From contig JAWLHB010000010.1 of assembly GCA_041690595.1 (NCBI GenBank), forward strand, positions 186,001 through 225,975: DNA of 39,975 bases, in the 5' to 3' direction. Numbering within the stretch: the stretch's first letter is position 1; the number at the start of each line of letters is the position of its first letter. The position numbers and the translations under genes are program-made. Positions 8,412 through 17,144 of the stretch are shown piece by piece. A model generated the notes under the pieces. That model searched no databases. It was not told the DNA's origin and saw only the letters and a program-made list of their open reading frames with translations. The stretch is from Lentisphaeria bacterium. GTDB lineage: Bacteria > Verrucomicrobiota > Lentisphaeria > JABSQK01 > JAWLHB01.

Positions 8412-10634
8412 TTATAAGGCGTATTCGGTGCGGGAAATCACGCTATCCTGCAACTGGCGATTCAGCCGCACGAAGTATTCGCTGTAGCCGCCGATCCGCA
8501 CGATGAGGTCCCGATGCGCATCCGGATCCTCCTGCGCGGCAAGCATCTCGTCGCGACTGAGCACCGAGATCTGCAATTGCATCCCCCCTTCAGCGAAGAA
8601 AGCGCGGATCAGGCCGACAAGCGCCTTCAAGCTGCCGGTGTCGCTCAGCAACTGCTTCTGAAAGCGAACGTTGAGCACCGGCGTTCCGATCGCCAGGTGG
8701 AGCGGCAGGCGGTTGATGGAATGCAGCATCGCCGTCGGCCCGCTCCTGTCCCGTCCCTGCGCCGGGCCAATTGAATCGGTGAGCACCTCCCCAGCCCCGC
8801 GACCATCCGGCGTCGCCCCTACCGTCGCCCCTGCCCCCTGGTAGGTAACGAAGAGGATGCACGAAGCCAGGTACCGGCCACCCCGCGGCGTTTCATGCTC
8901 GTAAAGCTGCCGCCAGGCATATTCGATCATGGCCGCGCCTGGTTCATCCACATACGGATCATCGTTGCCGAAACGAGGCGCACCCTCCAACCAGCGTCGA
9001 AGCTCCCCGTAGCCGGCAAAATCCGCCTTCAAAGCAGCAATCAGCTCGGTGGCTCCCACGCTCTGGTCGTCGAAGACGCAGCGCCGTATGGCCGCAAGGC
9101 TGTCGATCAGGTTCGCGATTCCCTGATAGCTGACCACGCACCAGTTGTAACGCGCGCCTCCAGCCTCGAATGACTTGCGACGCTTGACGCAGTCGCGGGT
9201 GAAGAAGGTACGGTAGAGCTTTGGATCCCCCTCGTGAAAGCGCCGGGCCAGTTCCACCTGGTTGCGCGCCACGAACGCATCCGTCATGTACTGGATCTGA
9301 CGGCGAACCGCCTGACAGAACTCCTCGAAGTCTACGAAGTCGGCGAAGCTGCCCGTATGCGGCCCCATCTGCACTCCCGTCACCGGATCCCGGCCATCAT
9401 GAACGGCCAGCTCCATGGCCTTGGCCAGATTGAGCGAGCCCTCCAGGCTGCCGACATTGGAGAGCCCCGCGATCATCGTCTCCGTGCAGCCGCCAAAGCC
9501 GATCTCGCGCGCATCTTCGGTCGTCAGCCCCAGATCCATGCCCAGAAGCGTCTCCACGTAAAGATCGTCGTTGTAGAACGGCGGGCGTCCCCCACCCTCC
9601 CGCAGCACACGCAGCGCGGCAACCAGCGCCTCGTCCGGCGTCTCGCGTGTCACGCGAAAAGCGACATTCGGCCGCAGTAACCGCTGGCGACCACACGCGG
9701 CGATCAGCTCTAAGGTCAGCGCGTTAGTGCCATCCATACCGGCCGGCGTATACCCGCCAACCTGCAGATTCCACCCGTTGAACGCATCGAACATCCGAAA
9801 CCACTCATCGAGGAGCTCCCGGACAAACGCCAGATCCAATCGACCGTCCGCAAGATCCTGCTCGTAAAGCGCGCCCAGCACTTGATCCACCCGTCCGATG
9901 CTGTCGCAACCATCCAGCATCCAGCAGAAGTTGACCGCCAGCAGCCCCTCCAGGAAGCTGCGCGCAGGATGCAAAAATCCATGGGCAAGGGCATCGCGGA
10001 TGCACTCCAGACGCACCCCGCGCTCCCCGTCAGCCGACGCCGCCGCATCGGCTACTGCCGTCACCGCACGCCGATGAAAGGCACTTACCCCGTCGGCGTA
10101 ATCCTTGAGCGCCAAGAGCAGGTTGCGCTCCCGCGGGTCCGCCGCTTCACCCTCCGACGCCAGCGCCCGCAACTCCTCCTCCAGTTCAGCACACATGGCG
10201 ACAAAGCCCTCGCTGACTACTCGACGGATGTCCGGATTCGAATGCGTATAGCCGCCAAAGTAACGGAGACGTCCCCGCAGCGTGGCCGCTATGGCGTCGA
10301 GTTGTTTGGCGTGCTGGGGAAATTGCTGTTTACGTTGCTCCACGACATCCGTCGCCACGCCCCAGCCACTGCTGTGGTTCAGGTTGAGAATCTGCCCCAC
10401 GGGCGACCAGACCTGGTGCGAGTGTCGATCGCGCACTCTTGGCATGGGCTCACAGGGTATCAGCCATCGCTCCGCGGGTACCTGTATCTCCATATTCTCG
10501 TACAGGCGCAGGAAAGCCCGCCCATAAGGCAATGGCCACGGTTCGTCCAACGCCTCCATGAAGCCCATGGCCGACCATTCCGCCATCTCCGCCAGCACGC
10601 CGCATGCCCCTTTCAGATCTACGCAACCCGACAT
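8412..10634 (-). CDS. Glycyl-radical enzyme (pyruvate formate-lyase superfamily), substrate unknown
   Basis: Cys loop GFGGCTE, GATPDGR, and C-terminal Gly-radical motif LIVRIGGYSEYF; GGAGG RBS. Confidence 0.88.
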   Translation of the reverse strand: MSGCVDLKGACGVLAEMAEWSAMGFMEALDEPWPLPYGRAFLRLYENMEIQVPAERWLIPCEPMPRVRDRHSHQVWSPVGQILNLNHSSGWGVATDVVEQRKQQFPQHAKQLDAIAATLRGRLRYFGGYTHSNPDIRRVVSEGFVAMCAELEEELRALASEGEAADPRERNLLLALKDYADGVSAFHRRAVTAVADAAASADGERGVRLECIRDALAHGFLHPARSFLEGLLAVNFCWMLDGCDSIGRVDQVLGALYEQDLADGRLDLAFVRELLDEWFRMFDAFNGWNLQVGGYTPAGMDGTNALTLELIAACGRQRLLRPNVAFRVTRETPDEALVAALRVLREGGGRPPFYNDDLYVETLLGMDLGLTTEDAREIGFGGCTETMIAGLSNVGSLEGSLNLAKAMELAVHDGRDPVTGVQMGPHTGSFADFVDFEEFCQAVRRQIQYMTDAFVARNQVELARRFHEGDPKLYRTFFTRDCVKRRKSFEAGGARYNWCVVSYQGIANLIDSLAAIRRCVFDDQSVGATELIAALKADFAGYGELRRWLEGAPRFGNDDPYVDEPGAAMIEYAWRQLYEHETPRGGRYLASCILFVTYQGAGATVGATPDGRGAGEVLTDSIGPAQGRDRSGPTAMLHSINRLPLHLAIGTPVLNVRFQKQLLSDTGSLKALVGLIRAFFAEGGMQLQISVLSRDEMLAAQEDPDAHRDLIVRIGGYSEYFVRLNRQLQDSVISRTEYAL

Positions 10635-10731
10635 TCGTCTTCCTCCGCCACGATTGTTGAACTCTCACAATAGTCTGGCGGCTATGACGAATCAAGCACA
10701 ACGCCTCCGCAAAAAAGAGGCTGCCAACCCC

Positions 10732-10760
10732 TTGTAAAAAGAGCCCATTTTGAGTAAGGT
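10732..10760 (+). promoter_or_regulatory. Putative sigma-70 promoter for the dodecin gene
   Basis: TTGTAA-N17-TAAGGT ending 40 nt upstream of ATG 10801. Confidence 0.45.
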
Positions 10761-10800
10761 CAAATCGCGTGAATTCAACCAACAGCAAAGGCGGATAGAA

Positions 10801-11010
10801 ATGAGCGATCATGTATACAAGCACATCGAGTTGACCGGCTCCTCCACCATCGGCATTCAGGAAGCCATCGAGAATGCCATCGGCAAAGCGGCCAAAACCG
10901 TCCACGAGATGCGCTGGTTCGAGATGACCGGCGTCCGCGGTCACATCGAGGACAATCGCATTGCCCATTGGCAGGTCACCGTCAAGGTCGGCTTCCGCAT
11001 CGAAGACTGA
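10801..11010 (+). CDS. Dodecin (flavin-binding)
   Basis: [15 protein letters not shown]...AIENAI...RWFE...RGHI...WQVTVKVGF is the typical dodecin pattern; real start 10801 rather than 10750. Confidence 0.93.
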   Translation: MSDHVYKHIELTGSSTIGIQEAIENAIGKAAKTVHEMRWFEMTGVRGHIEDNRIAHWQVTVKVGFRIED

Positions 11011-11027
11011 CCTGCACATGATTCAGC

Positions 11028-11070
11028 GACAGCAGCCGACACCTCTCTGGCGGTTGCTGTCCTATTTCTT
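11028..11070 (+). terminator. Putative intrinsic terminator after dodecin
   Basis: 11-bp stem GACAGCAGCCG / CGGTTGCTGTC (one G-U pair) followed by CTATTTCTT. Confidence 0.55.
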
Positions 11071-11093
11071 CATCGCATGACCGGGAAGCCTTC

Positions 11094-11510
11094 ATGGCTA
11101 AGCGAAGCAAAAAGAAAGAAGCGGAAAAGAAGCCCGACGAGTTCAAGGTCAACCCTTTCTCCTCGCTGAAGATGGACCTCCCGGAGGGGCCACCGCCCAC
11201 TCCGCCTCCCCCGAAGCCGGTCGAAAAGCCCAAGCGCGATTCCGATGGCTGGCCAGAGGAATTTCTCATCTCTCCCCTCGTCATGCGCATCGAAAAGAAG
11301 GGCCGTGGCGGCAAGACCGTTACCGCCATTCAAGGCTTCGACGTCGGCTATGAGTTGGAGATGCAGGAGCTGGCCGGGCAGTTGCGCACTTTGCTCGGCA
11401 CCGGCGGCACCGTCCGTGAAGACGTCCTGGAGTTGCAGGGCGACCAGCGGTACAAGGCCGCTTCATGGTTGCGCCAGCAGGGCTTCAGGGTCAAGGGCGA
11501 CATCAGCTGA
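11094..11510 (+). CDS. Translation initiation factor SUI1/YciH family protein with Lys/Pro-rich N-terminal extension
   Basis: EKKGRGGKTVT...LGTGGTV...LELQGD motif. Confidence 0.85.
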   Translation: MAKRSKKKEAEKKPDEFKVNPFSSLKMDLPEGPPPTPPPPKPVEKPKRDSDGWPEEFLISPLVMRIEKKGRGGKTVTAIQGFDVGYELEMQELAGQLRTLLGTGGTVREDVLELQGDQRYKAASWLRQQGFRVKGDIS

Positions 11511-11514
11511 GAGG

Positions 11515-13017
11515 CTACGAGCGCGGGCGCATCTGTGGGAAGAGGATCACCTCGCGGATCGTCTCCGCGCCGGTGAGCATCATGACCAGGCGGTCGATCC
11601 CTAGTCCGAGTCCGCCGGCGGGCGGCATACCGTGCTCCATGGCCAACAGGAAATCCTCGTCGATCTTGTCGGCGATCTCTTCTGGATTCGCCGTCTTCAA
11701 CTGCTCCTCGAAGCGTCGGCGCTGTTCCTGTGGATCGTTCAACTCGGAGTAGCCCGGGGAAATCTCCTGACCATTGATCGCCAGCTCATACACATCCACG
11801 TAGCGGGGATCGTCGGGGCATGCCTTGGCCAATGGCACCAGTTCCCGCGGCAGCCGGGTCACGAAGGTCGGCTGCAGCAGGGTCGGCTCGATCAGCTTCT
11901 CGTAGATCTCCTGCTCGATCTGGACGCTGGTCATGCTCTCATCCACCGCCAGCTCCAACGTCTTGCCGCGCTTTACATGCTCGGCATGATCGACCTCATA
12001 CCAATCCATCCCCCCGTGCCAGGCTATCAGGTCACTCCATGAAAGCCGCCGCCACGGGCGCTTCAGGTTGATGATCTTGGTGTCGCTGTGCCGGATCTCC
12101 AGCGTACCGATGACCTTCTCGGCAGTGGTGGTGATCAAATCCTCCACCAGCTCCATCATGACGCCGCAATCACCATAGGCCTGGTAGATCTCCAGCATCG
12201 TGAACTCAGGATTGTGCTGACGCGACAAGCCCTCGTTGCGAAAGTTACGGTTCAACTCGAAGACCCGCTCGAAGCCGCCCACCAGCAGCCGCTTCAGGTA
12301 CAGCTCCGGCGCAATGCGCATGTACATCTTGCAGTTCAGCGCGTTGTAATGCGTCGTAAAGGGTCGTGCAGCGGCGCCGCCAGGCAGCGACTGCAGCATG
12401 GGCGTCTCCACTTCAAGGAAGCCGCGGTCTTCCAGGTAACGGCGCATCTCGCGGATGATCTGCACCCGCTTGCGGAAGATGTCGCGCGCCGTCTCATTGG
12501 TTGCCAGATCCAGATAGCGCTGGCGATAGCGCTGCTCGATATCCGTCAGCCCGTGCCACTTTTCAGGCAGCGGCAGAAGCGCCTTCGAGAGCAGCTTGTA
12601 GCTCTGCACCCGGATGGTAATCTCGCCCATGCGGGTCTTGAAGACTTGGCCTGTCACCGTAAAAATGTCCCCCAGGTCCAGCCGCTTGAAGTGGTCGAAC
12701 GCCTCTTCCCCCAGAACATTCTTCTGTGCGTACAACTGGACCCGGTCGCTACTGTCCGTGATGTCCGCAAAGATGGATTTGCCCATGGTGCGGCAAGCGG
12801 TCATGCGGCCGGCAACGGTCACCTCCGCCCCCTCGTCATCCGCCTGTCCCTCCACGTAGCGGCCCTTCGCCTCCACCGCGGAGATGATCCCGTCTACCCG
12901 GCAGCCAAACGGCTCGACGCCGTCCTGTCGCCATGCTTCCAGATTCTTGTGCCGTTGCAGGATCTGGTCGTTCAGGCTCAGCGTCTCATTCTCTGGCGGT
13001 GGCGTCTGGGCGTTCAT
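11515..13017 (-). CDS. lysS: Lysine--tRNA ligase (class II)
   Basis: RYRQRYLDL, GGAAARPF, RIAPELYLKRL, FRNEG, HNPEFT, GLGIDRLVM. Confidence 0.98.
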   Translation of the reverse strand: MNAQTPPPENETLSLNDQILQRHKNLEAWRQDGVEPFGCRVDGIISAVEAKGRYVEGQADDEGAEVTVAGRMTACRTMGKSIFADITDSSDRVQLYAQKNVLGEEAFDHFKRLDLGDIFTVTGQVFKTRMGEITIRVQSYKLLSKALLPLPEKWHGLTDIEQRYRQRYLDLATNETARDIFRKRVQIIREMRRYLEDRGFLEVETPMLQSLPGGAAARPFTTHYNALNCKMYMRIAPELYLKRLLVGGFERVFELNRNFRNEGLSRQHNPEFTMLEIYQAYGDCGVMMELVEDLITTTAEKVIGTLEIRHSDTKIINLKRPWRRLSWSDLIAWHGGMDWYEVDHAEHVKRGKTLELAVDESMTSVQIEQEIYEKLIEPTLLQPTFVTRLPRELVPLAKACPDDPRYVDVYELAINGQEISPGYSELNDPQEQRRRFEEQLKTANPEEIADKIDEDFLLAMEHGMPPAGGLGLGIDRLVMMLTGAETIREVILFPQMRPRS

Positions 13018-13050
13018 GATACTATTCCTTCTTCGTTGTCGTGCACAATC

Positions 13051-13554
13051 TTAAAGTGGGTCGGGGGCAAAAAGCCCTTGGTGGGAGCCCAGCGTCAGGG
13101 CATGGCAGACGCAGAGGGAGATCGCGTCCGTCGAGTCAGGAGGAATTCGGCTGATGTCCAGCCGCAACAGCATCGACAAGGTACTCGCCACCTGCGCTTT
13201 CGTCGCGTTACCATAGCCGACAACTGCCTGCTTTGCCCGTCTGGGCGCATATTCATAAACCGGTATCTCCCGCCGCGCAAGACTGGCCACCACCACCCCG
13301 CGTGCCATCCCGAGCACCATCGATGTCTTGGCATTCTTGGCAAAGAAGCCTCCTTCGATGATCCCGATGTCTGGAGAGAATCGCTCGATCAACTGCTCAA
13401 TTCCAACGACAAGACGCGCCAGGCATTGACTGTGCGGAGCAGTACGTGAATTCTCGATCACTCCGCAGTCCAGAGCCTGCATCTTCTTGCCGGTGACCTC
13501 CAGAACGCCATAACCGGTGCAACGCAAGGCAGTATCGATTCCGAGGATGATCAC
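13051..13554 (-). CDS. ruvC: Crossover junction endodeoxyribonuclease RuvC
   Basis: ILGID, TGYGV, ARGVV, GYGNATKAQV, DSTDA; GTGA overlap with yebC (conserved yebC-ruvC synteny). Confidence 0.93.
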   Translation of the reverse strand: MIILGIDTALRCTGYGVLEVTGKKMQALDCGVIENSRTAPHSQCLARLVVGIEQLIERFSPDIGIIEGGFFAKNAKTSMVLGMARGVVVASLARREIPVYEYAPRRAKQAVVGYGNATKAQVASTLSMLLRLDISRIPPDSTDAISLCVCHALTLGSHQGLFAPDPL

Positions 13555-14315
13555 CCTTCGTCTTCAAGTTTCGCCATCACGTCGTCCGTGAATTCGGCAT
13601 TACTGCTCACCGCCTGCACATCGTCCTGCTCCTCGAGCGCCTCCAGAAAATTGCTGACCTGCTTGGCCACGGAAAGTTCGGTAACGGGAATGAAGGTTTC
13701 CGGAATCTTGACGACGCCCGAGTCCGATGCTTCAATGCCCGCACCTTCCAGTGCGCCCACGATGTCGTCGAAGGCATCGGGTGGGGCGATGATCTCCGCT
13801 TCCCCGTCCTCGACGCTGATATCCTCGACATCGACGCCGGCTTCGAAGAGCAGTTCCATCAGCTTCACTTCGTCGGCATACTCCCCTTCGACCACGAAGC
13901 GTGCTTTGCGGCTGAAGAGACGGCTCACCGCACCTGGTCCGGCCAGGCTGGTGCCCGCTCGCGTGAAGACGTTGCGGATCTCCGCCGCGGTCCGATTACG
14001 ATTGTCCGTCAGTACTTCGATCAGCACAGCCACGCCGCCGGGCGCAAAGCCTTCATACTCCAGTTCTTCCAGCGCACCGCCGCCAAGCTCGCCGGTGCCC
14101 TTCTTAATAGCCCGTTCCACGTTGTCATTCGGCATGTTCGCGTTCTTTGCCGCATTGATCGCCGTGCGCAGGCGCGGATTCATGTCGATATCGCCGCCGC
14201 CGATTCGCGAGGCGCGCGTTAATTCCTTGCTGATACGCGAAAAAATCTTCCCGCGCTTCGCATCGACTGCCGCTTTCTTGTGCTTGATCGTGGACCACTT
14301 ATTATGACCGGACAT
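13551..14315 (-). CDS. yebC: YebC/PmpR family protein
   Basis: MSGHNKWSTIKHKK, NPRLR, YEGFAPGG, TDNRNRT; strong GAGGAGG RBS places the start at 14315. Confidence 0.95.
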   Translation of the reverse strand: MSGHNKWSTIKHKKAAVDAKRGKIFSRISKELTRASRIGGGDIDMNPRLRTAINAAKNANMPNDNVERAIKKGTGELGGGALEELEYEGFAPGGVAVLIEVLTDNRNRTAAEIRNVFTRAGTSLAGPGAVSRLFSRKARFVVEGEYADEVKLMELLFEAGVDVEDISVEDGEAEIIAPPDAFDDIVGALEGAGIEASDSGVVKIPETFIPVTELSVAKQVSNFLEALEEQDDVQAVSSNAEFTDDVMAKLEDEG

Positions 14316-14537
14316 ACTTCCTCCTCGGTCCCCAGGCCATCGTCGCGCCGGATACCGAACATGTTCATTGTTCATAGCCGCCCAACAGTGACGCGCGGCT
14401 CGCCTTGATTTCAGCCTATTACCATACTGGCAGTGCGACCAGATTCAAGCCTCCTCGAAGTCTCGAAAAGTCGCTGCCGAACGGGCTGCCCAGTCCCACT
14501 TCGCCCTTCGGCTGCCTTGAAAAACCGCGCCATTTAT

Positions 14538-14590
14538 TTGCATGCGCGGTGCAGGCCGACTATTTTGTAGGTTCGCCGGGATTCCGTCAA
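14538..14590. promoter_or_regulatory. Putative bidirectional sigma-70 promoter pair (trxB on +, yebC operon on -)
   Basis: Plus strand: TTGCAT(14538)-N17-TATTTT(14561-14566). Minus strand: TTGACG(14590-14585)-N17-CAAAAT(14567-14562). Confidence 0.4.
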
Positions 14591-14684
14591 CCTTTTTCGC
14601 ACACCTGACCGGGCGAAAGGCATCGCCACGGCGATACGCACCACGTTTAATGCAATGCAGCAACTGAAAGCAGGGGAATATCAC

Positions 14685-15614
14685 ATGGAACGACTCGTGA
14701 TTGTCGGCACGGGAGCTGCCGGGTTCACCGCCGCCATCTACAGCGCCCGCGCCAATCTGGAACCACTGGTCATTGCCGGTGACGTCCTCGGCGGACAGCT
14801 TACTACAACCACGGATGTCGAGAACTATCCCGGCTTCGAGGCAGGTGTCTTCGGCGCCGACCTGATGGAAAAGATGCAGAAGCAGGCCGAGCGCTTCGGC
14901 ACCCGCATTCAATATGACTATGTCGAATCCTGCGAGCTGAAGCCGGGCGGCCCCCACAAGCTGCACCTGCGCGGCGGCGACACCATCGAGTGCAGAGCCC
15001 TCATCATTGCCACCGGCGCCAGCCCCAGAAAACTTGACATCCCCAGCGAGAAAGCTCTCGAAAACAAGGGCGTCTCCTACTGCGCCGTCTGCGATGGCGC
15101 CTTCTTCCGCGACGTCCCCATCTGCGTCGTCGGCGGCGGCGATTCAGCCATGGAGGAAGCTCATTTCCTCACCAAGTTCGGCAGCAAGGTCTACCTCATT
15201 CATCGGCGCGATGAATTCCGCGCCTCCAGAATCATGATCGACCGCGCCTTGAAGAACCCCAAGATCGAAGTCGTCTACAATTCCGTCGTCGAGGAAGTTC
15301 TGGATGTCTCCAAAGATAAGGTGACCGGCGTGAAGGTGCGCAATGTGCTCACGGAGAAGGTCTCGACCATCGAATGCGGCGCCTTGTTCATGGCCATCGG
15401 TCATAATCCCAACACCGCCCCATTCGCGCCACATCTGGAAACCGACAGCGCCAACTACATTCTCCTCAAGCAGGAAAGCACCCGCACCAGCGTCGACGGC
15501 GTCTTCGCCGCGGGCGACTGCGCCGACCATGTCTATCGCCAGGCCATTACCGCCGCGGGCATGGGCTGTCGCGCCGCTCTCGATGCCGAACGCTGGCTGG
15601 AGGCGCAGGAGTGA
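14685..15614 (+). CDS. trxB: Thioredoxin-disulfide reductase
   Basis: GTGAAG, GGQL..T..VENYPG, GVSYCAVCDG (CxxC), GGGDSAMEEA, YRQAITAAGMG. Confidence 0.97.
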   Translation: MERLVIVGTGAAGFTAAIYSARANLEPLVIAGDVLGGQLTTTTDVENYPGFEAGVFGADLMEKMQKQAERFGTRIQYDYVESCELKPGGPHKLHLRGGDTIECRALIIATGASPRKLDIPSEKALENKGVSYCAVCDGAFFRDVPICVVGGGDSAMEEAHFLTKFGSKVYLIHRRDEFRASRIMIDRALKNPKIEVVYNSVVEEVLDVSKDKVTGVKVRNVLTEKVSTIECGALFMAIGHNPNTAPFAPHLETDSANYILLKQESTRTSVDGVFAAGDCADHVYRQAITAAGMGCRAALDAERWLEAQE

Positions 15615-15689
15615 CCTGCATCCTGCCCTGATCTCATCGACAAGATCCGGTAAGGAGCCTCCGGAGACGATATCGGCTTCCTGCTGAGG

Positions 15690-15718
15690 TTGACAAGCTC
15701 CATTCCATAATTTAGTTT
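15690..15718 (+). promoter_or_regulatory. Putative sigma-70 promoter of the first prepilin-like gene
   Basis: TTGACA-N17-TAGTTT in an AT-rich intergenic stretch. Confidence 0.6.
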
Positions 15719-15769
15719 ATTTCAGCATCGAGCCGCTGAAATACAAAACTGAACAATGGGGCTGCTTTC

Positions 15770-16477
15770 ATGGTGACTAAACGCAGGATGATGGGTTTTA
15801 CACTTATCGAGTTACTGGTGGTTGTAGCCATAATCGCCGTCCTTGCCTCCCTGCTCCTGCCAGCCCTTGCCCGTGCGCGCAATCAGGCAAAAACCGCTTC
15901 CTGCATGAACCGCATGAAGCAGTTCGGCATGTGGAACAGCTTCTACCGCGGCGACAATGATGAATACTTTGCCGCCAACCGAACCTGGTGGAATCCAGCC
16001 ATTGCCGGCGCCCTCATTTACAGCAACATCATCGACGACTATATGGGCCCCACCCTCTCCGATACCCGTTGGAACAATGGCTACAGCAAGAACTACTTCC
16101 TCTGCCCGGCCGGCGAGTATATTCCCACCGTTCAGGATGCAGCTCGGGTACGGCAGTTCTGCTACATCTCGGATGGCTGGCGAGTCATGAACTATCAGCC
16201 CAACAGTTTCTTTGGCTATGGCACCTTTCAGGATCAGAAGCCAACCTGGCGACCCAAGAAGCACATCGGCAGCCTCTCCGCCGACAGAACCGTCGACATG
16301 GGAGAGGTCAAGGGGATTAGTCCCCGATTCGGCTATCTAAACAGAATAGATGACGTCATCTATTCCCACAATGGGAAGACCATCCTGTCTTTCGTCGATG
16401 GCCACGTCGATCAGTTCCCCTATCCCGCCGCGGCTGGTCTCAACCGGGAATTCGTCTTCTATGAAAACTGGCCATAG
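15770..16477 (+). CDS. Prepilin-type N-terminal cleavage/methylation protein with H-X9-DG C-terminal motif (DUF1559-like)
   Basis: [29 protein letters not shown]...C.N; C-terminal [14 protein letters not shown]. Confidence 0.9.
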   Translation: MVTKRRMMGFTLIELLVVVAIIAVLASLLLPALARARNQAKTASCMNRMKQFGMWNSFYRGDNDEYFAANRTWWNPAIAGALIYSNIIDDYMGPTLSDTRWNNGYSKNYFLCPAGEYIPTVQDAARVRQFCYISDGWRVMNYQPNSFFGYGTFQDQKPTWRPKKHIGSLSADRTVDMGEVKGISPRFGYLNRIDDVIYSHNGKTILSFVDGHVDQFPYPAAAGLNREFVFYENWP

Positions 16478-16515
16478 GGAACCGCGGCCCCAATCGCCCC
16501 CCACGCATCACATGC

Positions 16516-17130
16516 TCACTGAAGATACGGGTTGTACCGCTTTTCGTCGCCGATAGTCGTCGAGTCGCCGTGGCCGGGATAGACCGCCGTGTCGTCCGGC
16601 AGGGTGAAGAGAGCACCGCGGATGCTGCGCAGCAACAACGCTGAATCACTGCCCGGCAGGTCCGTGCGTCCGATCGAACCCTGAAAGAGTGCATCTCCAG
16701 TAAATACCACCGCGGCGGCGGCAAAGTAGAAACTGATGCCGCCGGGCGTGTGCCCCGGCGTCTTCAGGATACGAAACGCCAACCCCTCGGGCATGGCGGG
16801 CAAGCTCTCCACCGTCTCGGGAAGTACCTCCGTGATCGGGGGCACCCAGGGCAGCATGGCGTTTCGCGGCGAGCGGTAAAGCTCGATTTCGCGCGAGTCC
16901 AGCAGCACGGGTACACCCAGCTCCCGCGCCGCACGCGGCACCGCGCCGATATGGTCGAAGTGCGCGTGCGTCAGCAGAATCGCCTGTGGCCTCAGTCCAA
17001 GCTTCTCGATGCGCAGCAGCAGCCGCTCCGGGTCTCCACCGGGATCGATGACATAGGCATCGCCGGAATCGGTGCTTACCAGGTAGCAGTTGGTCTGAAG
17101 CGCCCCGAGAGGCAGTGTTTCGATATGCAC
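16516..17130 (-). CDS. MBL-fold metallo-hydrolase (glyoxalase II/YcbL-like)
   Basis: THAHFDH, TPGHTPG, GDALF.GSIGRTD, YPGHG; likely GTG start at 17130 after GAGGGAG. Confidence 0.9.
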   Translation of the reverse strand: MHIETLPLGALQTNCYLVSTDSGDAYVIDPGGDPERLLLRIEKLGLRPQAILLTHAHFDHIGAVPRAARELGVPVLLDSREIELYRSPRNAMLPWVPPITEVLPETVESLPAMPEGLAFRILKTPGHTPGGISFYFAAAAVVFTGDALFQGSIGRTDLPGSDSALLLRSIRGALFTLPDDTAVYPGHGDSTTIGDEKRYNPYLQ

Positions 17131-17144
17131 GTGGGGCCACTCCC

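Noticed and set aside
6405..8417. 670-aa + strand ORF
   Set aside because: Antisense shadow of the GH42 gene; no motifs; expected from codon bias in GC-rich DNA.
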